DNA of 64,000 bases, from the NCBI RefSeq assembly GCF_964204865.1, contig NC_135259.1, positions 11,594,001 to 11,658,000 of the forward strand. Direction: 5' to 3'. Position 1 is the first letter of the stretch; each line of letters opens with the position of its first letter. A model generated the notes under the pieces. That model was not told the DNA's origin. It searched no databases and worked only from the letters and a program-made list of their open reading frames with translations. This stretch comes from Styela clava (lineage: Eukaryota). The translations under genes were made by a program, and so were the position numbers. Shown here one piece after another: positions 48,530-60,915 of this stretch.

Positions 48530-51500
48530 ATGAAGAAGAACTGTGGTGTTCCGACTGCAATATTGGTTGCTATCATGGCACCTCTCCTGGTGAGTAATTA
48601 TATTTGTTTATCAAAATATTATGTGCTAATACCTTATAAGTGACGGGAGAAATGACACAGACCGTCAAAATTTTGGTGTCTTGTAGATGGTAACTATATT
48701 ATCGATGTACAAAGAAAATTATTGGTCAAACATACATAATTAAACATAAGTTCAATAAACCCCAGAGGACCCCAGTAAACTGGTCTCGTTTTTCTACACA
48801 AAATAAATTGTTTGCAAACGTTTTAAAATTACAACTCCTTGTTAAAAATTTAACTTTTGAACTTTCGGAATCAATCAACATTTGCCGACATTTTCTCAAA
48901 TGTTCTGTCACGCTTTGTATCTATGATTATTCATCAATCGATTATTTCTTTTAAGTTGTTGTTCATACACGCTAGACGTAACGTATGTGTATTACATATA
49001 CGTTCGCATCGGTTTACGGTAACAAGTATTTCCTGGGTTTATTTAACATAACATACGTTGTATATTGATTTGTGATCTTTAGGTTTTTAGGAAGTTCCTC
49101 GTTAAATCAAAACACATTTGGATACTAGGTAATGATCGTTATTCGGAAAAATTTGAGCTAAATAGGTCAGATAGGAGTGGCAGATATAATATTTCATCTT
49201 TTAAAGATTTGAAACGAATAATCGTTTCTTATGGAGATTTTATTTTGGCCCTGTGAATGTAGAAAAGACGTTTGAAAAATGCATTGATTGCGAGTGGAAA
49301 AAGATTTATTCAAATATGTTTATCTTAAATGGGGTTGTTGTTGATGTTGTGAAAAACATTTTTTCTCTCTATTTCAGTATTACGGATTTGAGATATCGCT
49401 AGAAAGTTATTATTTTAATTAAAGTGCCAGGCGGACTCAATTCCCCCCATTTTCGGGGGGGGGGGGCGATAATAAATATCTCTTGTTTAAATGTACTATT
49501 TTCAGTTCGACTTGTGCCAGAATTTCGGAAATTCTCATGCGTTGACAGAGGAGATGGATCAAACAAAAATATACCATCACGCAGCCGTAGCCGCTGGTAT
49601 TTATATTTAGCATTTAACTCTCTCGCCGCTCGTTAGTCCATATGGGATTCTCAACGCTATTAAGTCTAGCACATCGTAACCTACTGTTAATATCGCTCTT
49701 AGCTGTTTATTGACGTAATGCCCTGATATGAGAGAAGCGATAAAACCTTCCAGCCGTGACGCAAAGTGCGAATCGTATAAATAGCGTGGATTTCAAAATC
49801 GCCTGTCAGACGTCTGAAAATGTCGACTCAGCTCAGACAGAAAATACTCCTTTATAACGACTTATTATTGCTTTAGCATGTATTTTCAGTCATACTAACT
49901 ATCCCTGATCATTCCTGGCGCTGTGTTGTTTTGATAAATATGATTTCGACTGCTCCATAGTTGGCAGAGGTATGGAGATTTTTTGTATGTAAAAAAAACG
50001 TAAAATTAATGGTAATTTTAACGCGTGAATGCGCGTATGAGATTGTTTACGTCGTTCTACGCGCATTTCCGTCGAAAAAATTTAATTTTTTTGCATTGGG
50101 GGTGGTCTGTGCAGTAATAATAAGAGCTGTGACGTCATCAGTATCGGTAATTTGACCTTGAACTTGACAATACTGTAAATACAATTGTGAATTTCAGAGT
50201 AATAACCATTTATGCTATAATAGTCGTTTCGGTATTGTTATGTTAGGAAAAACTTGACGAAAACGTTGAAAAAAAAACTAATTAATTAGGAATTAATTAT
50301 TAACCCTCTACTGTACACAGAATATCTCAAAGTCCAATTTTTTTTTTAGAAATTTTTGAAATTTTTTTGCAAAATTTTTTTTCGAGGAGTGTGTTTTAAA
50401 GATATATTGCTGAATAGAACTCTAGCAGACGCTTTTAAAAAGCCATGATTGAAGCTTAAGGGCTTAATGGTTGACAAAAAAAATAAGTTTAAAAATACCC
50501 ATAAAATGGTCAGGGATTGGAGCGGTCGGAAGGTTAATAACTGTTAATGAATATTGGTAATTTTATATTGCTGTTTTTATATTCTGAATTAAACATACTT
50601 AATCACAAATATAATATATGCATAATTTATCAGGTCAACTGGAATGCTCTGAAGTAGGACGTGATATTTTGAAAGCAGGAGGAAATGCAGTAGATGCAGC
50701 AATTGCAGTTATTTTGTGCCAAGGTGTCGTCGAGCCATATTTTTCTGGAATAGGTATGTATTATTATTGGGATATTTTTGGGTGATCATTGTAATTAATA
50801 ATGGTCTAGTAACCACATGTTTGGTTACAAATATAGTAGGCTAACAGACCCATTTACCAATTGAGCGCCCCGATTTGACGTCGCGTCATGAGCATAGCTA
50901 TTTGGGCGCCGGGTTGCAGACCCATCCAGCTATTTTGGGGATTTTGGAAAATATTTTTGAGAACTGATTTTGTCTATTGAGTCCATTTTTATTTGGCGCC
51001 CAAAAGGCCGTCGACAAGCTGGGACAAAATCAGCAGGAGTCTATAAGGCAGTGCCCAAACGGATGATCTTAAACGTATCATGTCCTAGATCTTATAGTGG
51101 AATAGTTTGACATATTTTCTGCTAAAACTTTAGGTGGAGGGTGTATAATGACCATCTACAAATCGTCAACAAAATCAACGACGTCCATAATATCTAGAGA
51201 AAGAGCGCCATCAGCTGCAACTCGTGACATGTTTTTGGGCATGGGAAACAACAAACACGGAGCAAAATTTATTGCGGTGCCTGGAGAACTCAAGGGCTTG
51301 GAGTAAGTTATTTAATCAGACTTACATACATAAAATAGCAAAGTAAAGTAACACAAGTATTCGAGCATGAAGAAAAAACGAAACCTGAGTTTTCAAGTGT
51401 CCAAATGCGTTCCGAACTACATATGATAGAGTAATTCCTCTCTGCAAAATATTTTCTTTATTTTAATTTTTAAATTCGCTTCCTTACGTTTGTTTGATGT

Positions 51501-54500
51501 AGGGTGCGTAGTCGCTCCCCTAGAACTCTTTGAGTGCCGAGACTGGGATTCCTTTAAAGGTTCGCTTTCAAGTCTCTAATAATAACGAGTAGAATTCTTA
51601 GTTGTGTATTATATTCTTTAATAACGAAAATGGTAAAACTGATATATAAGGATTGATAATAAATTGATCAAATAGTGAAATGATTTAAATCAAAATTAGA
51701 TTGAGACAGGAGCATGCGGTTGCAATGCGTGTCGCACGCGAGTCAAACAGATTTTTAAATAAATCTAGGTACCACAATGTGTGCTTGATATGTCGGCAAG
51801 TCGGTGACAAAAGAATATAAATCCGAACGGCATTTTAAAATCTTGTGGGCAATAAACACTTTCCAAAGTTGAGATTTTGCTTTGAAAGTCTTAGCAATGT
51901 TCGGAAGCAATAACATTTGCGGAACACTTTTTCCGTTATGGGGAGTTTCAAATCTTACCCTAAATGTAGATATATGAAGACTTTTGCATGTTTTAGTGAG
52001 TTTTTTGGAGGTTTTTGCATGTTTTAGCTTGTTAAATGAAAAATACTGATCAATGTGTTTTCACAATAGGAGCGTTTGTTTTGTATTGCACTGTTTACCT
52101 ATTCTCGGCACTATTGTGGCCCGCGAACGATGCAAAATAATTTTGTGGCCCCCGGAGCCGACAACTTTGGACCACCCTATACTCGTATATACTCAGTGTC
52201 TGATTAGATTCACTGCACTTGAGTGTCGGTAGCTAAAATCTATTTCGTACTACAGATACGCTTACAACAAATATGGAGGCAATTTATGTTGGGATAAGTT
52301 GTTTCAACCCGCCATTGATAAAGCAAGAAACGGCTTCAAAGTTAGCGGACAAATGGCTATTATGTTGAAATATCTTTACGACAAAGTCATAATTGAAGAT
52401 CCGGATTCAATATTCTGTGATGTTTATTGCAACGAAGATAAATCTGGAGTAAGCAATTATACACCATATAATGACTATTTTGTTTTTAGTTTTCGCTGTT
52501 GTTCTACAAGACCAGTTGCTTTAGTAATTTTGTTCAATATATCATTATTTTCCATAAAAAGAGTGAGTTACCAAGTGATTTAGGAGAAGTCTGCACTTTT
52601 ATACATAACGACACAGACAATGTATATTTAGTTAATATTTTGTGTTTACAAAAAATCTCTGTTCAGGTTAAACAAGAAGGAGATATTGTGAAGAATCCTC
52701 TACTTGCTGATACACTAGAAAAAATTCAAAAACATGGCGTAGATGTTTTCTACAGTGGTGAAATTGCCGATAGTATTATTCATGATATTCAAAGTAGAGG
52801 TGGAATTATGACGAAGCAAGATTTATTGGTAATTTCTCAAAACACTTTTTTTAATCACGTTTTATGTTTTCTAAATTTCTCATGACTATAGTAAAACATT
52901 TATCACACTGTAGAATAAAATTATAGCGTGGAAGTTTGCAATTTAAGAATAATTATGAATTAACGTCGTTGCAGAAACATGTTACTAACTGAATTTCTAG
53001 TCTTTATACTTTAATGACATTATTTTCAACTATAATTTATTGCAGGATTACACAGTAATCGAAAAATCTACAATCAAGATGCGTCTTCCTAACGGCGACC
53101 ACACGATGCATGCGCCTCCGTTACCTTCTGGAGGCCCGGTAGTGGCAGCAATCCTTTCCGTTATGGACCTTTTTGACATTACATTGGAAGAATTTAAAAG
53201 AACACCAACATTGCAATATCACCGAACAGATGAGGCATTCAGACACGCTTTCGGTGCTAGATACAGTATGGGCGATCCCGCATATGACCAAATTGCACTA
53301 AATATTCAAAATCAAATAGTATCTGGGCAATATGCAAGGTCTGTCCGTACTAAAATTTTTGACGACAAAACATTCCACGATCCGGCTTATTACGGAGCTA
53401 AATTTTTGGACTCCAGTATTTCATCCACATTGCATATATCTGTACTTGATCCGGAAGGCAATGCTGTCGCTTTGACATCAACAATAGATTATTACTGGGG
53501 ATCTCGCATAATGTCATCTTCCACTGGAATCGTCTTCAACAACGAAATGGCGGACTTTTCATATCCAAGTAAGATCATTCTCTTTCAAACATTATTTACG
53601 TTATCTTACTATTATTAGTACTGTTTACAATTTATAGAATTTTATTCGGGAGCAATTTTTCTTAATCCTAATAAAATTATATTTTCCCAGATGGCGATAG
53701 TGAGCACGACTCTGAGTTGTCAGCAACAAACCAAATAGAAGGAGGTAAAATACCCTTATCTTCCATGACACCTGCTATGTTTTTGAACGATAATGATGAT
53801 CTTGCTTTTATCATCGGAGCATCGGGGGGTACACGGATTCCAGCAGCAATTGCGACTGTCATACTCAAGTAGGTATACTTCGCTATCATAGCACACGTAC
53901 TAGAAGTAAACTTTAAAGCCTGTAACAATTTTACTTTGTGATATACATATTCATGTATATCTATGTTCAGCGTTTTGTCTTTCACTTTTTGTTAGGTTCC
54001 TCTATTTTGGTGAAAATGACATTGGCAGTGCAATAAAGGACAAGCGTTTTTTTGACGCTTTGATACCGGACGTTCTTTACTACGACGCTGGTTTTGATGA
54101 TGAAATTATACAAAATTTGAAAAAGATTGGTCACAATGTTGTGAGTATTTGCTGTTGTTTTGATTAACCATTCATACGCAGTCATGTATGAGCACTAAGG
54201 CTCGTTGTAAAATCCCATCAATGATTGTCTAACAAACGACAAAATAATTCACGATATCATAAATCATCCAAGGTAGACGCAAGCAAAAATACATCAATAT
54301 AAAAAATAAAAAAATAAACGCTTTTTTGAGTCATATATATGTCTGAATATAAGCTTGTAGCGGATATGAACACTGTCGGTGAAATATTATCTTTGGCACC
54401 CATGTGCAGTTTTTTGTTTTTGCAATTTACTTAATATTTAACTACTACTACAACATTTGTTACAATGTTGGCTCAATTATTTGAGATCAGAAAAATTACG

Positions 54501-55086
54501 GCATATATTCTTAGGCTTTATTCACAATTCTACTCCGAACAAAGATCTGTAGCCTTTAATCCTCCACCATATGGGCAACAAGTTTCTTTTTCAAGGTTTT
54601 CGCTTCTACGTTGTAGTTGTTCATTTACTTCAACCATTGGTGAGGTGGTGGGCTTGGGGTTCGATGCTGAGGTATTAAGAAGCTCAATTTTCACGAATAT
54701 CATTTAACTGAAAAAGCTAGAGCTGAATGTCGAACGTATCATTTGTTTTAAGCAATTAGATTACTTTTCTCTTTTGGTATTCAATTTATTTGTTTGACCT
54801 TCTGACTCCAACTTTTCTTATATACCACGAAAGGAGCTACTATTTATTTGGAAGGACCGTTATCTTCCCAATTTGGCATTTATTAAATGTCGGGTGAGGT
54901 GGGGATGGAATTTGAACCCGAAATATGTGATCTGCGAATTAGCAATTACAGAAACGTTACTTACTTGTTCTTATTCAGAGAGAGACAACTTACACCGGTC
55001 GAGTGAATGCAATCAAATGTAACTCTTCTGCGATATACGCATTTTCTGACTTGAGGGATATAGGGGCAGGACCAAGTGGCTGGTAG
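48530..55086 (+). CDS. Gamma-glutamyltranspeptidase paralogue C with N-terminal hydrophobic leader, exons 48530-48589, 49506-49596, 50634-50753, 51134-51302, 52256-52448, 52667-52828, 53046-53568, 53691-53868, 53996-54140, 54979-55086 (582 aa)
   Basis: Reads MKKNCGVPTAILVAIMAPLL|FDLCQNFGNSHALTEEMDQTKIYHHAAVAAG|QLECSEVGR..., with SS-TLHISV, TSTID, NNEMADFS, IPLSSM, GASGG, ending DLRDIGAGPSGW*. All introns are GT-AG. Assignment of exon 1 rests on phase match and hydrophobicity. Confidence 0.92.
50304..50533. mobile_element. piggyBac-like MITE flanked by TTAA
   Basis: ttaa|ccctctactg ... cggtcggaagg|ttaa; the TIRs are imperfect. Confidence 0.5.
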
Positions 55087-55871
55087 ACAAATTGGCAAAG
55101 ACATTACTTTTAATTCATGGAATGTCGAATAAAAGGATTCAAATTGAAGTGCAACAAAGTATGCATATGTAAGAAAATTCGGCCTATGTATCAGCTTAAG
55201 CAGTATTTTGTTTAATTTTTTTGTTTATGCTCTGTCTTATTGACATATTCAAAATTGAAATAAGAGCAAATCATAAAGTATGATTTATGGATCTTTTGTA
55301 TTTAACAACTTGCAACAGGAAGTTATTACAGGCCGACTAAAGTTTTTAAAACTACTTTCCAAATATAACCAAAGATTATACCAGCTGTCCCGATAAATAA
55401 GCCATACTCTCTATTATATATCCCCTTGCATTGTGTAATTTCCTTATAGTGAAAGGTGTAACAGATTCAAGCTCCTCTTCTTTGCGAGTCGTGATTTGAA
55501 TACAGAAATACTTGAAACCTGGATTTATAAACCACGGCCGGATGAATAAAATATTCTTTTATGGAAGAGCAATAAATTATATAATTTTTTCATATATATA
55601 ACAAACGTTAATTTGCGACGAAATGATTTGTTACAAAACTGATTCTGCATTCCAGACAAATGTAGTCACGTGGAAAATTTATTTACTCGGAATTTCGAAA
55701 TTTTCGGGACATACGGTATCATTTATACATATGTGCCCTGTCACAAATTGTCGAGCACGTGTTAAATAAAAGGATTGAATTCAAGAAGAAGCATACTTAT
55801 TATATTAGAATCGAAAAGTATTTAAATCGAACAGAATAAAAATATACATTCAGTTACGCAATCCGACTTTA

Positions 55872-56783
55872 TTACTCAGACAGCGTCTTCGTGTTCAATC
55901 GTTTTCTGAAATATAAAATAAATTTTCTTAGTTGCAATGAATATCAAAGAATGATAAACAATTTCTTGGTAAATTTGCAAAAACTGTGCAAATGGATTCA
56001 TTACTTACCTTGCCGTGCTCTTTGCACTGTATTCGGCCGCGTATATTTGTTTGTATTTTTTCCTCAAACACGCTACACAAGAACAATCGTCGTCTTTATT
56101 TTCTTTTTCACGAGTGTCAAGTTGTTGAGTAACGTTATCGGGTTCCCGATGTTCATGGATATTTCTATCCTAATATTAAAATTCATTAGTAATGCAAAAC
56201 GTTAAAAAACTTGCTTGAAGTCAATGGTTTAACTCGTAATTGGCTTATATTTATGGCCACCAACACACTCGAATCCATCGATATGATCAACATACATGTT
56301 TCGTGAATTACTATATAGACACCATGGATATCCTGATATATGCCATAAAGTTTATCGTTCTGTGGAAACGTCGTGAAAATACATTTGACAGCTGCACGTT
56401 TTTTATCAATCTCAAACTATTTTATCACAAATTCAAAGCAGTTCGTATAAGTAATGTATAAAGATGTTGTGAGGCAGCTTTCATTCATTGTCAGGCTAGA
56501 GTGATATACTCGCAAAAAATAGACGTACCTTCCAGATCCAAAACATCAATTTTAAGCATATCAAAAATATGCATACAGACAGGGTTCCAAGCAGTATAGA
56601 CGTTCTATGAGGTTCCAAAATCCCACAAATTGTATCTCTAACGCGGGTTGAAATCCATGCAATGGCATGTCGAAAAAATCGCAATATCCACAATTTTTCA
56701 CTAGGCGCTGCTATATTTACAACATGCTGCACATTTCTACGAGACACGAAACGTCTGGGATTGTGCACGAATACTTTCCTCAT
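55872..56783 (-). CDS. Uncharacterised ~149-aa single-pass membrane protein with CxCxxC motif, exons 56529-56783, 56009-56169, 55872-55905
   Basis: Three open exons are joined by AAG|gtacgt...tattag| (phase 0) and AG|gtaagt...tatttcag| (phase 2). AATAAA overlaps the stop codon. A hydrophobic stretch SILLGTLSVCIFLICLKLMFWIWK is followed by a charged tail containing DDDCSCVACLRKKY. No homologue recognised. Confidence 0.68.
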
Positions 56784-57706
56784 TTTAGAATAGCAAATAT
56801 ATTTACATATTGAAACAGTATTAAAAATCAGCTATGGCATCAGTGAAAAATACTTTTAGATTTCATCGCTTTTTGGACAAGAGGCGTCAAGTGCTCTCAG
56901 ATATTGATCGGTGATTTCTGTATCGAGGATTCCATTTTTGACGAAACTTCAGCCTGGTGGCATTATACAGTATGACGTCACTGAAATAAGATTCCGAGTA
57001 TTCAACCACCAGAACCACGTTTTCCCAACCGGGGAGAAATTTTGTTTTGTATTTGTAGTATTACAAATATTCTTTAGTTCTTTATTATTACTCTAATTTT
57101 AATACTTATTCATACACACATAATAAACTACAAAGGTTGGTAATCCCTAGACTAGAATAACAATGCGAAACGAGCGACTATATGTATCGCTCCCAAAAAC
57201 GGCAATCTGGCAACCAACTGAAGAAAGCGTTGGAAGTTAGTTGTTCCACCATCTGGCAGCACATACACGATTGGCAGTCGTTTTGAAATGCCTTTTCGGG
57301 CAGTGGTTCTCGTTGAAATTATCAAAAGCGATTCCAAATGGTTTTAATAATAGTATAAATATATGTCCCTCTTATGATTCAATTCAATTTGACATAATAT
57401 TCATCGCGCGATAATCTACGCTACTTCAAACCCGGACATGACGGTTTTGTTTTTAATTTATTTATCATATAAATACTGCTTTAGTATGGCACTTCAACAA
57501 TATGATTAGTGAACAATTCATCGTTTAACCGCAAAGGTCGTTGTTGAATAAGTGTAGAGAATTCAACTTTTTGTCACATTGTTTTCTGCAGTTCAGATAA
57601 ATATCACTGTGTAAATAAAGTGTAAGGATTTGTGTGGAAATTATCAAACACCTTTGATTTGAACATTTTCATTACGCAAATATAAAACCTGGCATCAAAA
57701 ATCAAA

Positions 57707-59017
57707 ATGGATGAAGAAAGTGTCGATAGCAAGACTTCTACGGAAACATATAACCTGAAATCTAGAACCTTTCGGATACCGTCGCACAGTGACAGTATTT
57801 TAGAAGTATTGAATTCCCAGCGAGAAAGAGGAGAATATTGTGATATTACAGTTCTTGTCGAACATCAACGATTTACAGCTCACAAATGTGTTTTAGCTGC
57901 AAGCAGTCCGTATTTTGACTCTCTACTTTCTTCTGATAATGACGGGTTATATTTGCGGCAAGTGAGCGTCGACAGTTTCAGAACAATACTGGATTTCATG
58001 TATACATCTAAACTTCAACTAGAACCTGGAAAAATTCAAGATATACTCTCGGCAGCAAAGTTTTTGCAAGTCAAAGGAGTTGTGTCAATATGCTGTCGAT
58101 ATCTCGAAACACAAATCAAAGCGTTGGCAAAAAATATACAAAATAACCCAGAGCAGAATTCGAGTCCAGCAGCTGTGTTGTCGGTTGAGTCGAGAGTCCC
58201 AGAAAATGCCACGATACCAATGGCAAACTATTTATCCCCCATTGCTGGACAAAATCCAAACCAGCCATTCCTACGGAGACCACCTCAGTTTTTGCCACAA
58301 AATAACTACATTGGGGCTCCAGATGTAGGGCGGCCTGCTCAACACGAATTAGCAAATAATTACAACTTCAGTCCACCTGCCTTTCGAAATGATGACGCGT
58401 CTCGATACTCAACAGCGTTTCCTAAAGTTCCCCAACCTAAAGAAATGTTTCATTCAAACCCATCTAACCAATATCAAATAAATCCATATAACGATCAACG
58501 GCACAATAACTTTCAGCAAGGCCTGAATTTCAACGATGCCAAAAGCGATGAAAGGATTCCTCGACGTCCCGATCACGGGAATTATCCAGACAGAAGAAAT
58601 CACAACTATGATCCCTCAAGGCGTCATCAAGTTAACGCAGATGGGCGTCTTTCGCACTGGAATCCGAATTTTGGAATTAGTGGTCCACATAATGTAAGTA
58701 GTCCAAAGCCCCACTCGAAATCGGCTGATATGTGGGACCGAAAACGCGGTGAACGCAATTTACTTTTATCTCAACCAACATTATCGAACCTAGGTCGGAA
58801 GGAAAACAAACAATTTCCTCAAATCTCTCTCACTGACAATGCAAAATCAGTGCGACAAGCATTTAGGACAAATGATGACGAATTTGCCTGTCCGTCACTT
58901 ATTAATTCACCGATCCCTCGATATCACTCAAACAACCATGGTCGAGCTTCTGCTTCTAAAAAATTTTATATTGAACAATCACATTCCCCGGGCGGATTTG
59001 CTACAATCTCTTATTAA
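57707..59017 (+). CDS. BTB/POZ-domain protein with long low-complexity N/Q/P-rich C-terminal region (436 aa)
   Basis: HSDSILEVLNSQRERGEYCDITVLVEHQRFTAHKCVLAASSPYF...FRTILDFMYTSKL...AAKFLQV is a ZBTB/KLHL-type BTB. No BACK, Kelch or C2H2 motifs follow. An alternative spliced 3' end (acceptor at 59234-59235) is possible. Confidence 0.85.
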   Translation: MDEESVDSKTSTETYNLKSRTFRIPSHSDSILEVLNSQRERGEYCDITVLVEHQRFTAHKCVLAASSPYFDSLLSSDNDGLYLRQVSVDSFRTILDFMYTSKLQLEPGKIQDILSAAKFLQVKGVVSICCRYLETQIKALAKNIQNNPEQNSSPAAVLSVESRVPENATIPMANYLSPIAGQNPNQPFLRRPPQFLPQNNYIGAPDVGRPAQHELANNYNFSPPAFRNDDASRYSTAFPKVPQPKEMFHSNPSNQYQINPYNDQRHNNFQQGLNFNDAKSDERIPRRPDHGNYPDRRNHNYDPSRRHQVNADGRLSHWNPNFGISGPHNVSSPKPHSKSADMWDRKRGERNLLLSQPTLSNLGRKENKQFPQISLTDNAKSVRQAFRTNDDEFACPSLINSPIPRYHSNNHGRASASKKFYIEQSHSPGGFATISY

Positions 59018-60829
59018 TATGTGCAATTTTCTATCAATTTTCATTGCAACCAATGGCTTTTTTATAAACATGTACCTTTGACTAATAGTTTTTCTAATAA
59101 TTGTTGATGAACGTAATCGATTCTCCAAATAGATATGTTTTGATTTGTTGAAATTTGCTGAATCGATTCCAACACTAGGCCCACAGTCACAAATATTTGT
59201 CACATGTGTTTATATAGATTTTTTATTTTCCCTAGAATCGGAAGACATTACCCACATATTCATACCCGCCGTATCGTCAAAGGATTACGTGATTCGAAGA
59301 CAAATCCCCTCTTAGAAAAAAGGGGAAGCTATTGAGGCTATTTATCCAGACTTGACACTCATGGGCAAACGTGTTATTTCTACATATTCTCTTTTTATAT
59401 CTTAAAGTGCCTATTTATGTCTCGACTATGTCATGAATGAAAGTAAATTATATATATGACGTCCATTTTAAAGCGTTATGTTGAAGCTTGTTGTTGATTG
59501 TTACCGACTTACCAATGCTAGACGATTGTTGAGTTGCTATATTCGTTTTTTTTCGTGCTAACTTGCTTCGACAGATTTCAATAACACACATTTATCAAAC
59601 AAAGAATATTATTGAAACTTTGATGTTGTATATGTATTAACTGCATATCTGTGTTGTTTTTATTACCCTATTTTCCTAATAAAATAGAGAAAACACGTGG
59701 CAGACATTTTCAAAATGAAATGATATGACAGAGAGGAAAATGATAATAATATGCAAAATAGTAGAGATAGTCGTATACTCATATTCATGTTCTCTTTGCC
59801 ATATTGTTGGCGATTGAAAACTCCGCAAAAATTTTTAGGAAGTTGATTCTGAAAAGTAGCTCTATTTTATATTATTTATTCATCACATTTTGCGAAATTC
59901 ATATTCATATGCGAAAGCTATTGTCTTATTCCAAGAGATGTGTGATCAATTTTATTCGGAACGGTAGCAGTAGCATCAGAATGCCCGATTTCTAATTTCA
60001 AGAGAGCAATGATTAGGGCTTGGAGGAAATTGTATATTAGATACTGAAATTTGAGCAGTCATGTAACATTTATGGTTTGAGAATATTTATTTTTTGCCAT
60101 TTAGATAATACAGATTTACTTGTATAATTCGAATAAATCTTAAATAAATGATGAAACATTTACTCCGGGTACAATTAAATAATCAAATTAAATGGAACAT
60201 AAAAAACACGAATTTTGGGGCGATTCCTCTAGGAATGCGAATTAGCGTTTATCTGCATATTATGTACTCATTCATTTTAGTGTATGACCTTATTACCGAT
60301 AGTGAGCTATGTTGAAGACTTTAGTCGATCGCGGTCAAAAGCATGTTGGCCACCCCTGCTATAGAATAACACATTGAATGCATTTTACAAGGCAAGGTTC
60401 GAGAATTTCTGTTATATCTATGTTATTTGATCTTATTAGTAAAATACAATTTCAAAATGTAAAATGCAAACCAGTTAATTATAAACCAGTCTGTCTTTTT
60501 ATAGACTTATACAAACTTGAGTGTAGTATATTTTTCTATTTATTTATTCTCTAGTTTTTCTTAATATCGTTGGTACTCAGAACAATCTGTAAGGTCAGTT
60601 TTGTGCTAACGTCATAATATTATGCGATCACATTATGTATCTGAATCACATCATTAGCTGATGGTGTTGGAATGGAAGTGGAAGCCCACACGATCCAACC
60701 TATTTTTCAATGTAAACAAGAAAACAGTTGGAAAAATAATTGAAGAGGATTTTATGATTAAATGTATATTTATTTACTTACCCGGGTTTTCAAAACCGCT
60801 AAGACGTCTGCATAAATTATAGCGTAGAG

Positions 60830-60915
60830 CAGAGGTTCCCAAACCAAGGCCCGCGGGCCAAATCCGGTCCGCGGGCCAAATCCGGTCCGCGTAACGATTC
60901 AAAATGGCCCGCCGA
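60830..60915 (+). mobile_element. Left end of a Charlie-like hAT MITE with duplicated ccgcgggccaaatccggt unit
   Basis: cagaggttcccaaaccaaggcccgcgggccaaatccggtccgcgggccaaatccggtccgcg; no right end found. Confidence 0.55.

Noticed and set aside
49083-49128. Possible extra GGT-C exon (VFRKFLVKSKHIWIL)
   Set aside because: It ends in phase 1, incompatible with the phase-0 exon at 49506; exon 1 joins 49506 directly in frame.
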